From assembly GCA_963718895.1 (NCBI GenBank), contig CAVRAG010000008.1, positions 160,001-224,000 of the forward strand: a stretch of DNA of 64,000 nucleotides, in the 5' to 3' direction. The position numbers and the translations under genes were made by a program. Source of the DNA: an uncultured Nitrososphaerota archaeon. Lineage in GTDB: Archaea; Thermoproteota; Nitrososphaeria; Nitrososphaerales; Gagatemarchaeaceae. Under the pieces are notes generated by a model that was given only the letters and a program-made list of their open reading frames with translations, searched no databases and had not been told where the DNA came from. Shown here in pieces: positions 19,270-27,914 of this stretch; positions within the stretch are counted from its first letter, which is position 1, and each line of letters begins with the position of its first letter.

Positions 19270-19928
19270 CAAACGTCCTCGTTATGGCAAGGGGCGGAAG
19301 GGAAGAGGTTTTTACAAGGAACCTCGTTCCGGGCAACAGGACGTACGGCGAAGACCTTATCAGAATAGAAGGGACTGAGTTCAGAGCCTGGGACCCGTTC
19401 AGGTCCAAGCTCGGGGGCGCGATCCTCAAGGGTCTACCCCAGGACGTGATACGCCCAGGCGACAAGGTGCTCTACCTGGGGACCTCCACGGGGACCACCC
19501 CTTCGCACGTCTCAGACATTGTGGGCCCGAGGGGGCTGCTCATCGGGGTCGAGTTCGCTCCCCGCGTCGGGAGGGAGTTCGTGGAGAACGTCGCCAGGGT
19601 CAGGCGGAACGTCGTCCCCTACATAGCAGACGCCCGCGAGGCCGAGAGGTTCGCGTCCTTCGGAAAGGTGGACGTCGTCTACTGCGACATCGCGCAGCAG
19701 GACCAGACCGAGATAGCCATCGAGAACTGCCGGAGGAACCTCAAGAAGGGAGGCAGGCTCATCCTGATAGTGAAGTCCAGAAGCATCGACGTCCTGAGAG
19801 AGCCCAGGGACGTCTTCCGCCAGGAGGGAGAGAGGCTTACGAAGGCGGGCTTCGGGGTCGAGAGGATCATCGAGCTGAGTCCCTTCGACAAGGACCACGC
19901 CCTGATATCTGCGGTGTTCGCCGGCTAG
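19266..19928 (+). CDS. flpA: Fibrillarin-like rRNA/tRNA 2'-O-methyltransferase
   Basis: RAWDPFRSKL, VLYLGTSTGTTPSHVSD, YCDIAQ, PFDKDH. Confidence 0.96.
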   Translation: MTNVLVMARGGREEVFTRNLVPGNRTYGEDLIRIEGTEFRAWDPFRSKLGGAILKGLPQDVIRPGDKVLYLGTSTGTTPSHVSDIVGPRGLLIGVEFAPRVGREFVENVARVRRNVVPYIADAREAERFASFGKVDVVYCDIAQQDQTEIAIENCRRNLKKGGRLILIVKSRSIDVLREPRDVFRQEGERLTKAGFGVERIIELSPFDKDHALISAVFAG

Positions 19929-20604
19929 GGGATGAGCGTCGAGGCGAGGATCCGGTCCCAGGTCTTCCAGCTTCTCCTTGCGAACGACGGGATGGCGCCC
20001 TCCCTCTCCACCCACCTCCTGAGGTAGGTTATCGTCTCGCCGTCCGAGGGATATCCTGAACCGAACTCCCCGTGTTCCGTTCGGAGGAGTTCGACAGCTC
20101 TGTCCCGTTCGACCTTCGCCACTATCGAGGCGGCAGAGACCACCACGTAGTTCTTGTCCGCCCTGTGCTCGGCGACTATTCTAGGCTTGCACGACATCAA
20201 ATCCCCCAACTCTCTCGTGAACCTCATCGGGTTCGTGTCAGGGGCATCGACGTACACCTCCTCCGGGTTCATGAGGTCTATTATCTTCGCCATGTGGAGA
20301 GCTTCAAGAAAGTTGAGGCGTCGATATTTTTTGCCCACCCTAACGTATCGGTCGATCTCCTCCGGTTCCGCATACGAGACCTGGACAGACTCGCACAACT
20401 CGACTATCTCAGGGTACATTGATTCTCTTTCGGTTGACGAGAGGGCCTTCGAGTCCTTCACTCCGAGCTCCTTCAGCAGTTTCAGCGATTGATACTTTAT
20501 GGAAACTCCAGCTACAACTAGGGGCCCAAGTACAGAACCTTTCGGGGAGCGGATTTCTCAACGCGCTCTCTCCCAGCTTCATCGACCCCTCCAACGAGCC
20601 TTAT
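19925..20604 (-). CDS. rnhB: Ribonuclease HII, two exons (20604-20570 and 20540-19925), 216 aa after splicing
   Basis: Exon 1 (M)RLVGGVDEAGR plus exon 2 GSVLGPLVVAGV...GVKDSK...YVDA...HRAD..VVSAASIVAKVERD...GSGYPSD; joined length 651 nt, in frame. Confidence 0.93.
20541..20569 (-). other. 29-nt bulge-helix-bulge archaeal intron in rnhB mRNA
   Basis: UGGG/CCCG 4-bp central helix, AGA and AAA 3-nt bulges, GAGCG/CGCUC intron stem, GAAGC/GGUUC exon stem; canonical cuts restore GGG AGA GGU (G-R-G). Confidence 0.9.
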
Positions 20605-21627
20605 TTGACGATCACCCGCTTTTCACCCTGAACCTTGCGCCAATTAGAGTTTACCTTTTCGACGAGGCCAAGCCGGGCCATCTCTGTAAGCCTTCTCGCG
20701 ATGGTTTTCTGGTCCCTGCTAAGCATAACAGAGATCTCGTAAGGTCGGCGCGGAACGATGAGCACGTCCAAGATTCTGGACTTCTCCAAGGAGATGACGA
20801 CGCTCCTCTGGTCGGTCCTGATCCAGTAGTATGTGCTTCTAACCTTGTACACTTCAATCTGTTCTCTTCTGCGCAGGTCGGAAAGAACTTGGTAAGCCCT
20901 CGCATCGCCCCTTTCGATGCTCTTTGCAACCTCATGCGTGGTCATAGGCGCGAAGAGAGCCCCTAGAACCAATGGCGGGAGAGAGTCGCGCTGGTAGTGT
21001 CGTTGTTTATAGGAGTCGAGCATTGCAAGGAATTTCGCGTGCTTCTTGGAATGTAACTCGGTTATGCCAATGCGTTGAAGTTTCTCCAGATTCTCTCGAC
21101 CAGAGATGAGGTAATTCCTCCCTGAAACCTCATACAGGAAAGACACCTCGTAGTGCCGCAGGATTCGTTCGACGAAGTTCATTCGCTTGCCTTCCGCGAT
21201 TCGCAGACACCTCGTATGACTACTTTTGGAGGTCTTTGATGTTCCCCTCCCCTGCAAAAAAGCCTTGGAGCAAGCCTTGATAGTTTGAGGGAGCTTTGCG
21301 CGCGAGTCTAACTGTCTTCTTCCAATCCCGGACTAACTCAACATCTGCGACTCTGTAGATATAATAAGGCACATTTGCTCTCCTATCGACATACGTTCGG
21401 TAACGGACATCGGCTACGGGTCGAACGAAGTCAGTGAAGACCGAGGGACGATAGACGTAGATTCGAGGAGAGTTGCGTGGTCGAAATCGCGCCCAGAGCG
21501 CTTCGTGGAAGAAGCGTACAAGGAACGGATCGTTGTTGGTGAAGGTAACTTCACTGGAAGATCTCTTGTCGCCTTCCGCGGTCCATAGCCCAACAATCCG
21601 GGCAAGATCGAGGTCCGAATCGCTCAT
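20601..21627 (-). mobile_element. Free-standing double-motif LAGLIDADG homing endonuclease-like gene with two C-terminal winged-HTH-like domains (one frameshift near 21235)
   Basis: Motif 1 ARIVGLWTAEGD followed by VTFTNND, motif 2 GLLQGFFAGEGN; visibly more AT-rich than the flanks; stop overlaps the rnhB start. Confidence 0.8.
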
Positions 21628-21852
21628 GAACCAGAAGGATGTGGAAGTATATCAGCATCCCTACTCGCAAGGCCCTGCGGCAGAATCAGCTATTGCTTGT
21701 TCGTGATGGGCCAACCAAGTTCAATAAGCATATACCGAATTCGAGTTGTACAGAGTTGTTATTGTGAGCGTACAACCTTTCGAGAATCAAGTGCACGGCA
21801 AGCGGGCTCAAAAACTGATTCTTGTCGCAAGGCTTACTCGCAACGATCCACC

Positions 21853-22401
21853 CTAGGTCTGCTGCGGAGGAAGAACCGCGAGTATCTGCCTCGCCAGCGA
21901 TTCGGGCAGACCCTCCCTGTTGTGAAGCGTGACTTCGGTCATCTCCTTGCCGGGGAGCCCCCTGAACTCGTCGACAAGAGGGTCCCTGATCTTGTCGTGG
22001 ACGACCGCGAGGATCGGCTTGCCGGACCTGAGGCATGCCTCGGCCGCCCTCTTGAACTCCGGGCTGGTGAGCTCCATCGGACCCACCTCGTCGATGGCGA
22101 TCAGGTCAGCCATCTTCGAGGCCCCGGCGAGCGACACCGCCCCTACCTCGACCAGACCCTTGAGGTCGACCCTGTACCTCCCGACCCGCGGTCCGAGTAT
22201 GCCCTCGGACGAGGCGAGCCTACCCTCCACTCCGCTCATCAAGTCCAGTATCGTGAAGCCCGTCCGCTCCCTCCCCTTCCGTCTCTCCTTGGTGAGGCAC
22301 CCGCCGACCCCGTAGCCGCGCGACCTCACCAGGTAGATGACCTTGGAGACCACGGTGGACTTGCCTATCCCAGGGGGACCGGTCAGGAGCCACGCGCGCA
22401 C
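21853..22401 (-). CDS. Nucleoside triphosphatase (THEP1/NTPase_1 family)
   Basis: LTGPPGIGKST, RVGRYRVD, IAIDEVGPMEL. Confidence 0.92.
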   Translation of the reverse strand: MRAWLLTGPPGIGKSTVVSKVIYLVRSRGYGVGGCLTKERRKGRERTGFTILDLMSGVEGRLASSEGILGPRVGRYRVDLKGLVEVGAVSLAGASKMADLIAIDEVGPMELTSPEFKRAAEACLRSGKPILAVVHDKIRDPLVDEFRGLPGKEMTEVTLHNREGLPESLARQILAVLPPQQT

Positions 22402-22467
22402 AGGGGAGGACAATGTCAGGAGTCCAATTCTGCTCCGCTTAAATGCTTCACGACGAGGCGGTCCCGC

Positions 22468-23619
22468 GTGCTTCCGAAGCTCGAGGTCATCCGGGAGGGA
22501 CGGACCGAGCTCTACGTCCCCTCGCAGAGCCTCGCCGGGACCCCTCCCGCAACCCACCCGGTGTTCTTCAATCCAGCCGCGAGGACGAACAGAGACATCT
22601 CAGTCGCGGTCGCCGCGGTGACCAGACCGGGGACCTACCTTGATGTCCTCGCCGCGGCCGGGGCGCGCGGGATCAGAGTCGCAAACGAGTCCAACTCGAA
22701 GACGCACGTCACGCTCGTCGACTTTAGCGGACCGTCCCTCGCCGTGGCGAGGAAGAGCATCAGGAGGAACCGGCTCCATGAGCGGTGCGTCGTGGTTCAC
22801 GAAGAGGCGAACAAGTTTCTCGTCTCGCGGTTCGAGCGGCCCGAGAAGTTCGATGCCATCGACCTGGACCCCTTCGGGTCACCCGCTCCGTTCGTTCTCG
22901 CGGCCACGATGGCGGCGGCGGACGGGGGCGTCCTCTCGGTGACGGCGACCGACGCAGCCGTCCTCTGCGGCGTCTATCCGGCCGTCTCGGTCCGCCGCTA
23001 CGGCGCTCTGGCGGTGAGGAGCGAGTTCGTCCACGAGACCGGTCTCCGGATCCTGCTGGGTTACGCGGCCCGGATGGGCGGGGTCAACGACATCGGGATA
23101 GAGCCGATAGCGGCCCACAGCACCCTGCACTACCTCCGGGTCCTCCTCAGGATCAAGAGGGGGGCGGCGAGAGCAGACGAGTCAGTCGGGAGGCTCGGCT
23201 ATGTCACGCAGTGCAACGGATGCGGCTGGAGGGCGTCGGGGCCCATCCCATTAGACCGGTGCCCTCATTGCCGCCTCCGAGTCCGGTCTGCGGGCCCACT
23301 CTGGACGGGGAAGCTCGTCGACGAGCAGATAGCCTTCGAGGCCTCTGGCTTCTGCGAGGAGGCGGGCTGGAAAGAGGCCGCGGCCATCCTTCGGTCGTTG
23401 AAGGGCCTTGACGACTTCCCGACCTTCAGCTACTCCCCCGAGCGGGTCTGCTCGCGACTCAGGATACCCTCGGTCCCCACACGCGGTGCGATCGATGCCC
23501 TCGTCGGTTCAGGGTTCAGTGCGGCACGGCAGCCCTTTGAGGAGAACGGAATCAAGACCAGTGCGAGCTACGCGGAGTTCGTCCGTGCCCTGCGCACGGC
23601 ATCAGGTACGTCTGCCTAG
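22468..23619 (+). CDS. trm1: tRNA (guanine26-N2)-dimethyltransferase
   Basis: VFFNP...NRDISV, DAIDLDPFGSP, SVTATD, HETGLRIL, AGPLWTG; GTG start at 22468. Confidence 0.92.
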   Translation: MLPKLEVIREGRTELYVPSQSLAGTPPATHPVFFNPAARTNRDISVAVAAVTRPGTYLDVLAAAGARGIRVANESNSKTHVTLVDFSGPSLAVARKSIRRNRLHERCVVVHEEANKFLVSRFERPEKFDAIDLDPFGSPAPFVLAATMAAADGGVLSVTATDAAVLCGVYPAVSVRRYGALAVRSEFVHETGLRILLGYAARMGGVNDIGIEPIAAHSTLHYLRVLLRIKRGAARADESVGRLGYVTQCNGCGWRASGPIPLDRCPHCRLRVRSAGPLWTGKLVDEQIAFEASGFCEEAGWKEAAAILRSLKGLDDFPTFSYSPERVCSRLRIPSVPTRGAIDALVGSGFSAARQPFEENGIKTSASYAEFVRALRTASGTSA

Positions 23620-24198
23620 GCAGAGGAGATACATCTCAGAGCTGGCGTTGCGGCTCGCATGGGGCTTCATGATCGCCACGAAGTTGTACCTGCGCCGCGC
23701 TTCCGCCTCCGCCTCGGCGAAACGCTCGCCCTGAAAGACCTTGAACATCGCGTTACCGCCCGCCTTCAGGAGGGAGTCTCCGATGGTGATGGACGTGATC
23801 GTGAGGTCAATCTGACGGTACTGGTCAAGGTCCCAGGCGCCTGAAATCTTGGGGGAGAGATCCGAGAGCAGGACGTCGGCAGGCCGCTTGATCAGCTCCT
23901 TCACCGTCTCAGCCAGCTTCGGGTCGTTGATGTCCATCTTGAGCGTATGGGTGTTGTCCATCTCGATCTTTATCGGGGAGAGGTCGACGCCGACCACAAT
24001 CCCCGTGCTCCCCACGGCCTGCGAGGCGACCTGAAGCCATCCGCCGGGGGCCGCCCCAAGGTCGATGACCCTGTCACCCGGCTTGATCAGCCTGTACTTC
24101 TTGATTGCCTCGAGGAGCTTGTACGCAGCGCGGCTCTCGTACCCCTCCTCCCTCGCCCGCTTCCGGTAGTAGTCCCTGCGCGCTTCGTCGAGCCTCAA
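23602..24198 (-). CDS. rlmE: 23S rRNA 2'-O-methyltransferase RlmE/FtsJ
   Basis: GYESRAAYKL, DLGAAPGGW, KVFQG, KPHASRNASSEMY. Confidence 0.94.
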   Translation of the reverse strand: MRLDEARRDYYRKRAREEGYESRAAYKLLEAIKKYRLIKPGDRVIDLGAAPGGWLQVASQAVGSTGIVVGVDLSPIKIEMDNTHTLKMDINDPKLAETVKELIKRPADVLLSDLSPKISGAWDLDQYRQIDLTITSITIGDSLLKAGGNAMFKVFQGERFAEAEAEARRRYNFVAIMKPHASRNASSEMYLLCLGRRT

Positions 24199-24204
24199 TC
24201 TTGA

Positions 24205-24702
24205 CTACGCAACTTGCGCGACGGCCACCATCACCAGCGAGTCCCTGTGCTCCTTGAGGACCCACGGCCCGATCAGGGGGCACGTGAACGGGTTGACCTC
24301 GGTCGTCACCGAGCACTTGCCCTCCACCGGGCAGACTATGCACGGCGCGGACTCCATCGATGAGATGTTCGCTGGCAGTCGGAGCGGGGTCAGCTTGTAG
24401 GTCCATCTCCCGTCGTCAAGGACCTTCACCCTCTTGATCATGCCGCGTTTTTCGAGCCTGATGGCGAGCCTGGACCCGTCCCTGCTGGTGAGTCCCAGCT
24501 CCTTCCAGATCTCGCTCTGGAGAACTCCATCCTTGCCCCTCTCGACGACCAGCTTGTAGACCCTTGAAGTCAGATCGACGAGCTCCTCCTCCGTCTTCTC
24601 GGTGAGGCCGGTCGATCGCGGCGGCTTCGGAGCTGCCTCCTTCTCCACCTTCGGCGGTTTCTCGCCCTTCGGCTGCTGTTTTGCGGTCTTCTTCTTTTCC
24701 AT
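24205..24702 (-). CDS. Rpc34 homologue / TFE beta subunit (wHTH plus C-terminal Cys cluster)
   Basis: GVLQSEIWKELGLTSRDGSR wHTH; PCIVCPVEGKC...NPFTC; directly downstream of tfb. Confidence 0.75.
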   Translation of the reverse strand: MEKKKTAKQQPKGEKPPKVEKEAAPKPPRSTGLTEKTEEELVDLTSRVYKLVVERGKDGVLQSEIWKELGLTSRDGSRLAIRLEKRGMIKRVKVLDDGRWTYKLTPLRLPANISSMESAPCIVCPVEGKCSVTTEVNPFTCPLIGPWVLKEHRDSLVMVAVAQVA

Positions 24703-25647
24703 TTATTGTGCCGGCCCCATTTTTTGCCTGATTATGTAGTTATCGAGTAGCTCCCGGCAGCGGTTCCTGACGGTCACTTCTGTCACTTCAGCGAACTCTG
24801 CGATCTCCCTCTGCGGCAGGTGTTCGCCGCGCATCACGCACGACATGTAGACGTACGCGGCCGCCAGACCTGCGGGGGCCTTCCCGCTCGAGATCTTCGA
24901 GTCGTTGGTCGACCGAGAGAGGTAAAGAGCTAGGTGCTCGACCCTCGGATCTATCTTCGCGAGGTTCACGAGCTTGGAGATGTGCTTCTCCACAGAGGGC
25001 GGTGGAACGTAGTCCTTCTCGACATCCTTCAGGATGAGCCTGAAGTACTTCGCTGCGGCGCCCTTCTCTATCCCGGCGGCCCTCGCGACCTCCTTCAGCG
25101 TGCGGCTGACACCGCACTTCCTGCAGGCGAGCAGCACGACGGCCGCTGTCATACCCATGATCGACTTGCTCTTGGCGACCTTCAACCGGACGGATGTGCG
25201 ATAGATGTGGGCGGCCGTCTCGGCGACGTTCTTCGGCAGGGAGAGGTTGTCGCAGACCTCGGTTATCTTGGCGAGGACTATCGAGAGGCCGCGCTCCTGG
25301 CTGTTGCTCGTCCTTATCCTGCTCTGCCACTTCTTCATCTTCTCGACCGTTGCGCGCATGGCCGGGTCAAGGTACTTGCCATGCGAGTCGCGCATGTCCA
25401 TGCTTATGTCGGTCGAGAGCCCGAGGTCGTGAAGCGTAAGGGTAGTCGGGGAGCCGACGCGGACCCGCCTGTTCTTCTCCTCAAGGTCTACCGCCTTCCA
25501 CTCGGGGCCCTCGTCTTCGCGTGCGTTCGTGACCGACCCGCAATGAGGGCAGACCTGCTCCCCCCTCTCAGCGTCGCCGATCAGCTTGTTCCCGCAATCG
25601 AGGCAGTAGATACTGAAAAGACCCTCTTCCGCTCTTGTTTCCCACAT
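24703..25647 (-). CDS. tfb: Transcription initiation factor TFB
   Basis: Zn ribbon CLDCG..VCPHCG, GPEW, RVGSP..LHDLGLST, two cyclin repeats, VTEVTVRNR. Confidence 0.95.
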   Translation of the reverse strand: MWETRAEEGLFSIYCLDCGNKLIGDAERGEQVCPHCGSVTNAREDEGPEWKAVDLEEKNRRVRVGSPTTLTLHDLGLSTDISMDMRDSHGKYLDPAMRATVEKMKKWQSRIRTSNSQERGLSIVLAKITEVCDNLSLPKNVAETAAHIYRTSVRLKVAKSKSIMGMTAAVVLLACRKCGVSRTLKEVARAAGIEKGAAAKYFRLILKDVEKDYVPPPSVEKHISKLVNLAKIDPRVEHLALYLSRSTNDSKISSGKAPAGLAAAYVYMSCVMRGEHLPQREIAEFAEVTEVTVRNRCRELLDNYIIRQKMGPAQ

Positions 25648-25658
25648 GGGTGTCTGCC

Positions 25659-25880
25659 TTACCCGGAGACGTATACCTTCTGTCCCTTGGTCCCGAACTT
25701 TGACGATCCGGGTATCGCTGAGGCGTAGGGTTTCGAGATCGGGCCCATGAGCTCCATCACCTTCGCGGCGTTCCTCCCCTTCGAGTCGACCAGGACCGTG
25801 CCTGAAGCTATCTCGGTCTCAAGACGAAGGATTATGCGCCCACTGCGGGCGGTGTGAAGAACTTCCCCAACCTCGCGCAT
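25659..25880 (-). CDS. gar1: H/ACA RNP protein Gar1
   Basis: GEVLH..SGRII, VMELMGPISKPYAS; srp19-gar1-tfb order. Confidence 0.8.
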   Translation of the reverse strand: MREVGEVLHTARSGRIILRLETEIASGTVLVDSKGRNAAKVMELMGPISKPYASAIPGSSKFGTKGQKVYVSG

Positions 25881-25898
25881 TTGTAAACAACGGAAAGT

Positions 25899-26220
25899 CT
25901 AAGACTTACCTTTAAGCTTTCCTTGAGCCGCGGCCTTCTCACCCTTGACCTTGGAGAGCTCCCGCGCTATGCGGACTAGTGTAGGCTGCTTCTTGTCTGC
26001 TTTCTTGATGGAGACGTAGCCGGACACCCGCGAGGACACGGACGGATACCGCGCCGCTTGAGGCTCGGGGTCGAGGTTCAGGCGTCTGCATGCGAGCGTC
26101 GAGCTCCTCGAGGGTGGGGGAACGGGAACAGGAGTTCAACGGCACGCGCCTGCCCTCGGAGCGCTTCCGCTCAGAGTCCAGGTAGTCCAGCCAGACTACC
26201 ACGCGATCGTACGATTTCAA
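25899..26220 (-). CDS. srp19: Signal recognition particle protein Srp19 (frameshift near 26098)
   Basis: VVWLDYLDSERKRSEGRRVP...PTLEEL, then in shifted frame ACRRLNLDP..ARYP..SGYVSI. Confidence 0.88.
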
Positions 26221-26222
26221 TG

Positions 26223-26606
26223 CTACTTGATCAGGACCGCGTTGACGACGCCGTCGTCGCTGGGCCTGGACGTCACCTTTGCCTCGCCGAGTTCGGTCTC
26301 AATCGTCGCGCCCTTCGTTATCACGCCCCTGCGCTCGTACTCCCTGTTGGCCCGGTTGGCCGTAACCCGTACGATCTTGCTCTTGGAGGTCTTTCCAGAC
26401 GAAGGATCAAAGACGTTGGCCTCGCTGGCAGAGCGAAGCCCGAACGAGAGCGTGCCTCCTCTTGTCCGCTTCGGCGATCTCACGGTCTCTCCTACCACCG
26501 GCTCGAACGGATAATCGTCGGCCTCGAAGGCCCTGCGCGACCTGTTCGGTCTCCGCTTTCCGCCGCTCAGCTTCTTCTTCCTGAGGTTCTCTACTGCCTT
26601 GACCAT
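26223..26606 (-). CDS. rps8e: 30S ribosomal protein S8e
   Basis: KKKLSGGKRR, RTRGG, RRGVITKGATIETELGEAKVTSRPSDDGVVNAVL. Confidence 0.96.
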   Translation of the reverse strand: MVKAVENLRKKKLSGGKRRPNRSRRAFEADDYPFEPVVGETVRSPKRTRGGTLSFGLRSASEANVFDPSSGKTSKSKIVRVTANRANREYERRGVITKGATIETELGEAKVTSRPSDDGVVNAVLIK

Positions 26607-26733
26607 GATGAAATCCCTGACCGGCGCCCCCAAGGTGGTGTTAAGGCTTTCTCTATGAGCTGCTTCCGGGCCTTCGGTGGGCGACCCTAGTCTCGTCGGT
26701 CTCTCGTGAGAACTGGGGTTTTCGGAGCCACGG

Positions 26734-27258
26734 CTACCTGAGTATCATCGTTCTTCTCTCGAGCTGGCGCTTCATCGAGGGCACGTCAGTGCTCAGGCCG
26801 AAGTACTCGGCGAACTCCGGCGTGGTGCTGTAGAACTTGGAACGCCCCTTCCGCACCCACACCAGGAACCCGACCTCCTCGAGGTCCCTGAGGTGCTCGT
26901 ACACGGTCGAACTCCTCCTCGCGGCGAGGTCGGAGCCCGAGATGGGCTGGAAATAGGCGATGAACGAGAGCGTCCGGAGCGCGGCCTTGGAGAGGAGGGG
27001 CTTGGTAGCGAACCTGCGGGCGACGCTCGTGTACTCGGCCTTGAGCTGCATTGCGAACCTCGGTCCTGGGTACTCGACGATCTCGACCGCTGAGAGGGCC
27101 GACTTGAGGCTCACTGCTATCGCCTTGGCCTCGTCGACCACCCGCTTCTTCGAGGTTATCCCGGCGGCGGCCGCGAGCTGCTCGGCATCGAGGGCGCGCC
27201 CCGAGGAGTAGAGAGCGGCCTCTATCCTTGCGCGGACGTCCTTCCCCGTTTCGCTCAA
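26734..27258 (-). CDS. scpB: Segregation/condensation protein ScpB
   Basis: IEAALYSSG, LSKAALRTLSFIAYFQPI, YSTTPEFAEYFGL. Confidence 0.94.
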   Translation of the reverse strand: MSETGKDVRARIEAALYSSGRALDAEQLAAAAGITSKKRVVDEAKAIAVSLKSALSAVEIVEYPGPRFAMQLKAEYTSVARRFATKPLLSKAALRTLSFIAYFQPISGSDLAARRSSTVYEHLRDLEEVGFLVWVRKGRSKFYSTTPEFAEYFGLSTDVPSMKRQLERRTMILR

Positions 27259-27259
27259 G

Positions 27260-27914
27260 CTAGCCCACCAGGATCACGAGGAAGTCTTCTTCTCCGTCCT
27301 GCTCGAGGACCACCTCGCCTCCGCTGGCGGAGAAGAGGAGGAGGATGAGCGTCCTCGCGGCCTCGACGATCGGCATCCCTCGTATCAACTCTGAGAACTT
27401 CAATCTGCCGAGCCCGCCTATCCTGTCGCGAAGGATGGCCTTGAAGGCCTGCAGGTTCGAGAGGATCGTGATGAGATACTCCTCGGGGTTCGGAGGCGGC
27501 GAGTCTTCGAGGAGCGACGTCGAGATCGGTGCTCTCCTCTCTCTCCTGCACAACAATCTCTTCGAGGATTCGTGCGAGCGCGTCAAAGAGCTCGTCGACG
27601 GTGGTGGAGTAGATCTCGTACCTGAACGGCATCACGACAATCTGCGGCGGCTGTGTCGAGTCGATGATCTTCCTCTCGCGCTGGAGCCTCTCGAAGAGGA
27701 AGAGCGACTCCACCTTGAACCTGTATATCGTCGCCGAGGTGAGCGCCGCCGTCCCTGCCACCCGGAGGTCCATTATCTCCGACTTCATAATGGCCTGCAG
27801 GAAGAGGTCGAGCAGCTCGGTGATGTGTATCTCCCAGGGGCTCTTCCTCTTGGCGGCCCTTGGGTCGATGAGCAGGTTTAGCGGCGGCCTCGCGAGCGAC
27901 TCGTCTTCAACCAC
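27260..27914 (-). CDS. scpA: Kleisin ScpA (frameshift near 27540)
   Basis: PWEIHI..DLRVAG N-terminal part and LILLLFSA...LEQ C-terminal part; between smc and scpB. Confidence 0.85.

Noticed and set aside
20601-21627. LAGLIDADG ORF as an intein or as an intron-encoded ORF
   Set aside because: No intein terminal motifs (Cys/Ser start, His-Asn end) and no flanking exteins; both rnhB exons lie downstream, so the ORF is outside the intron.
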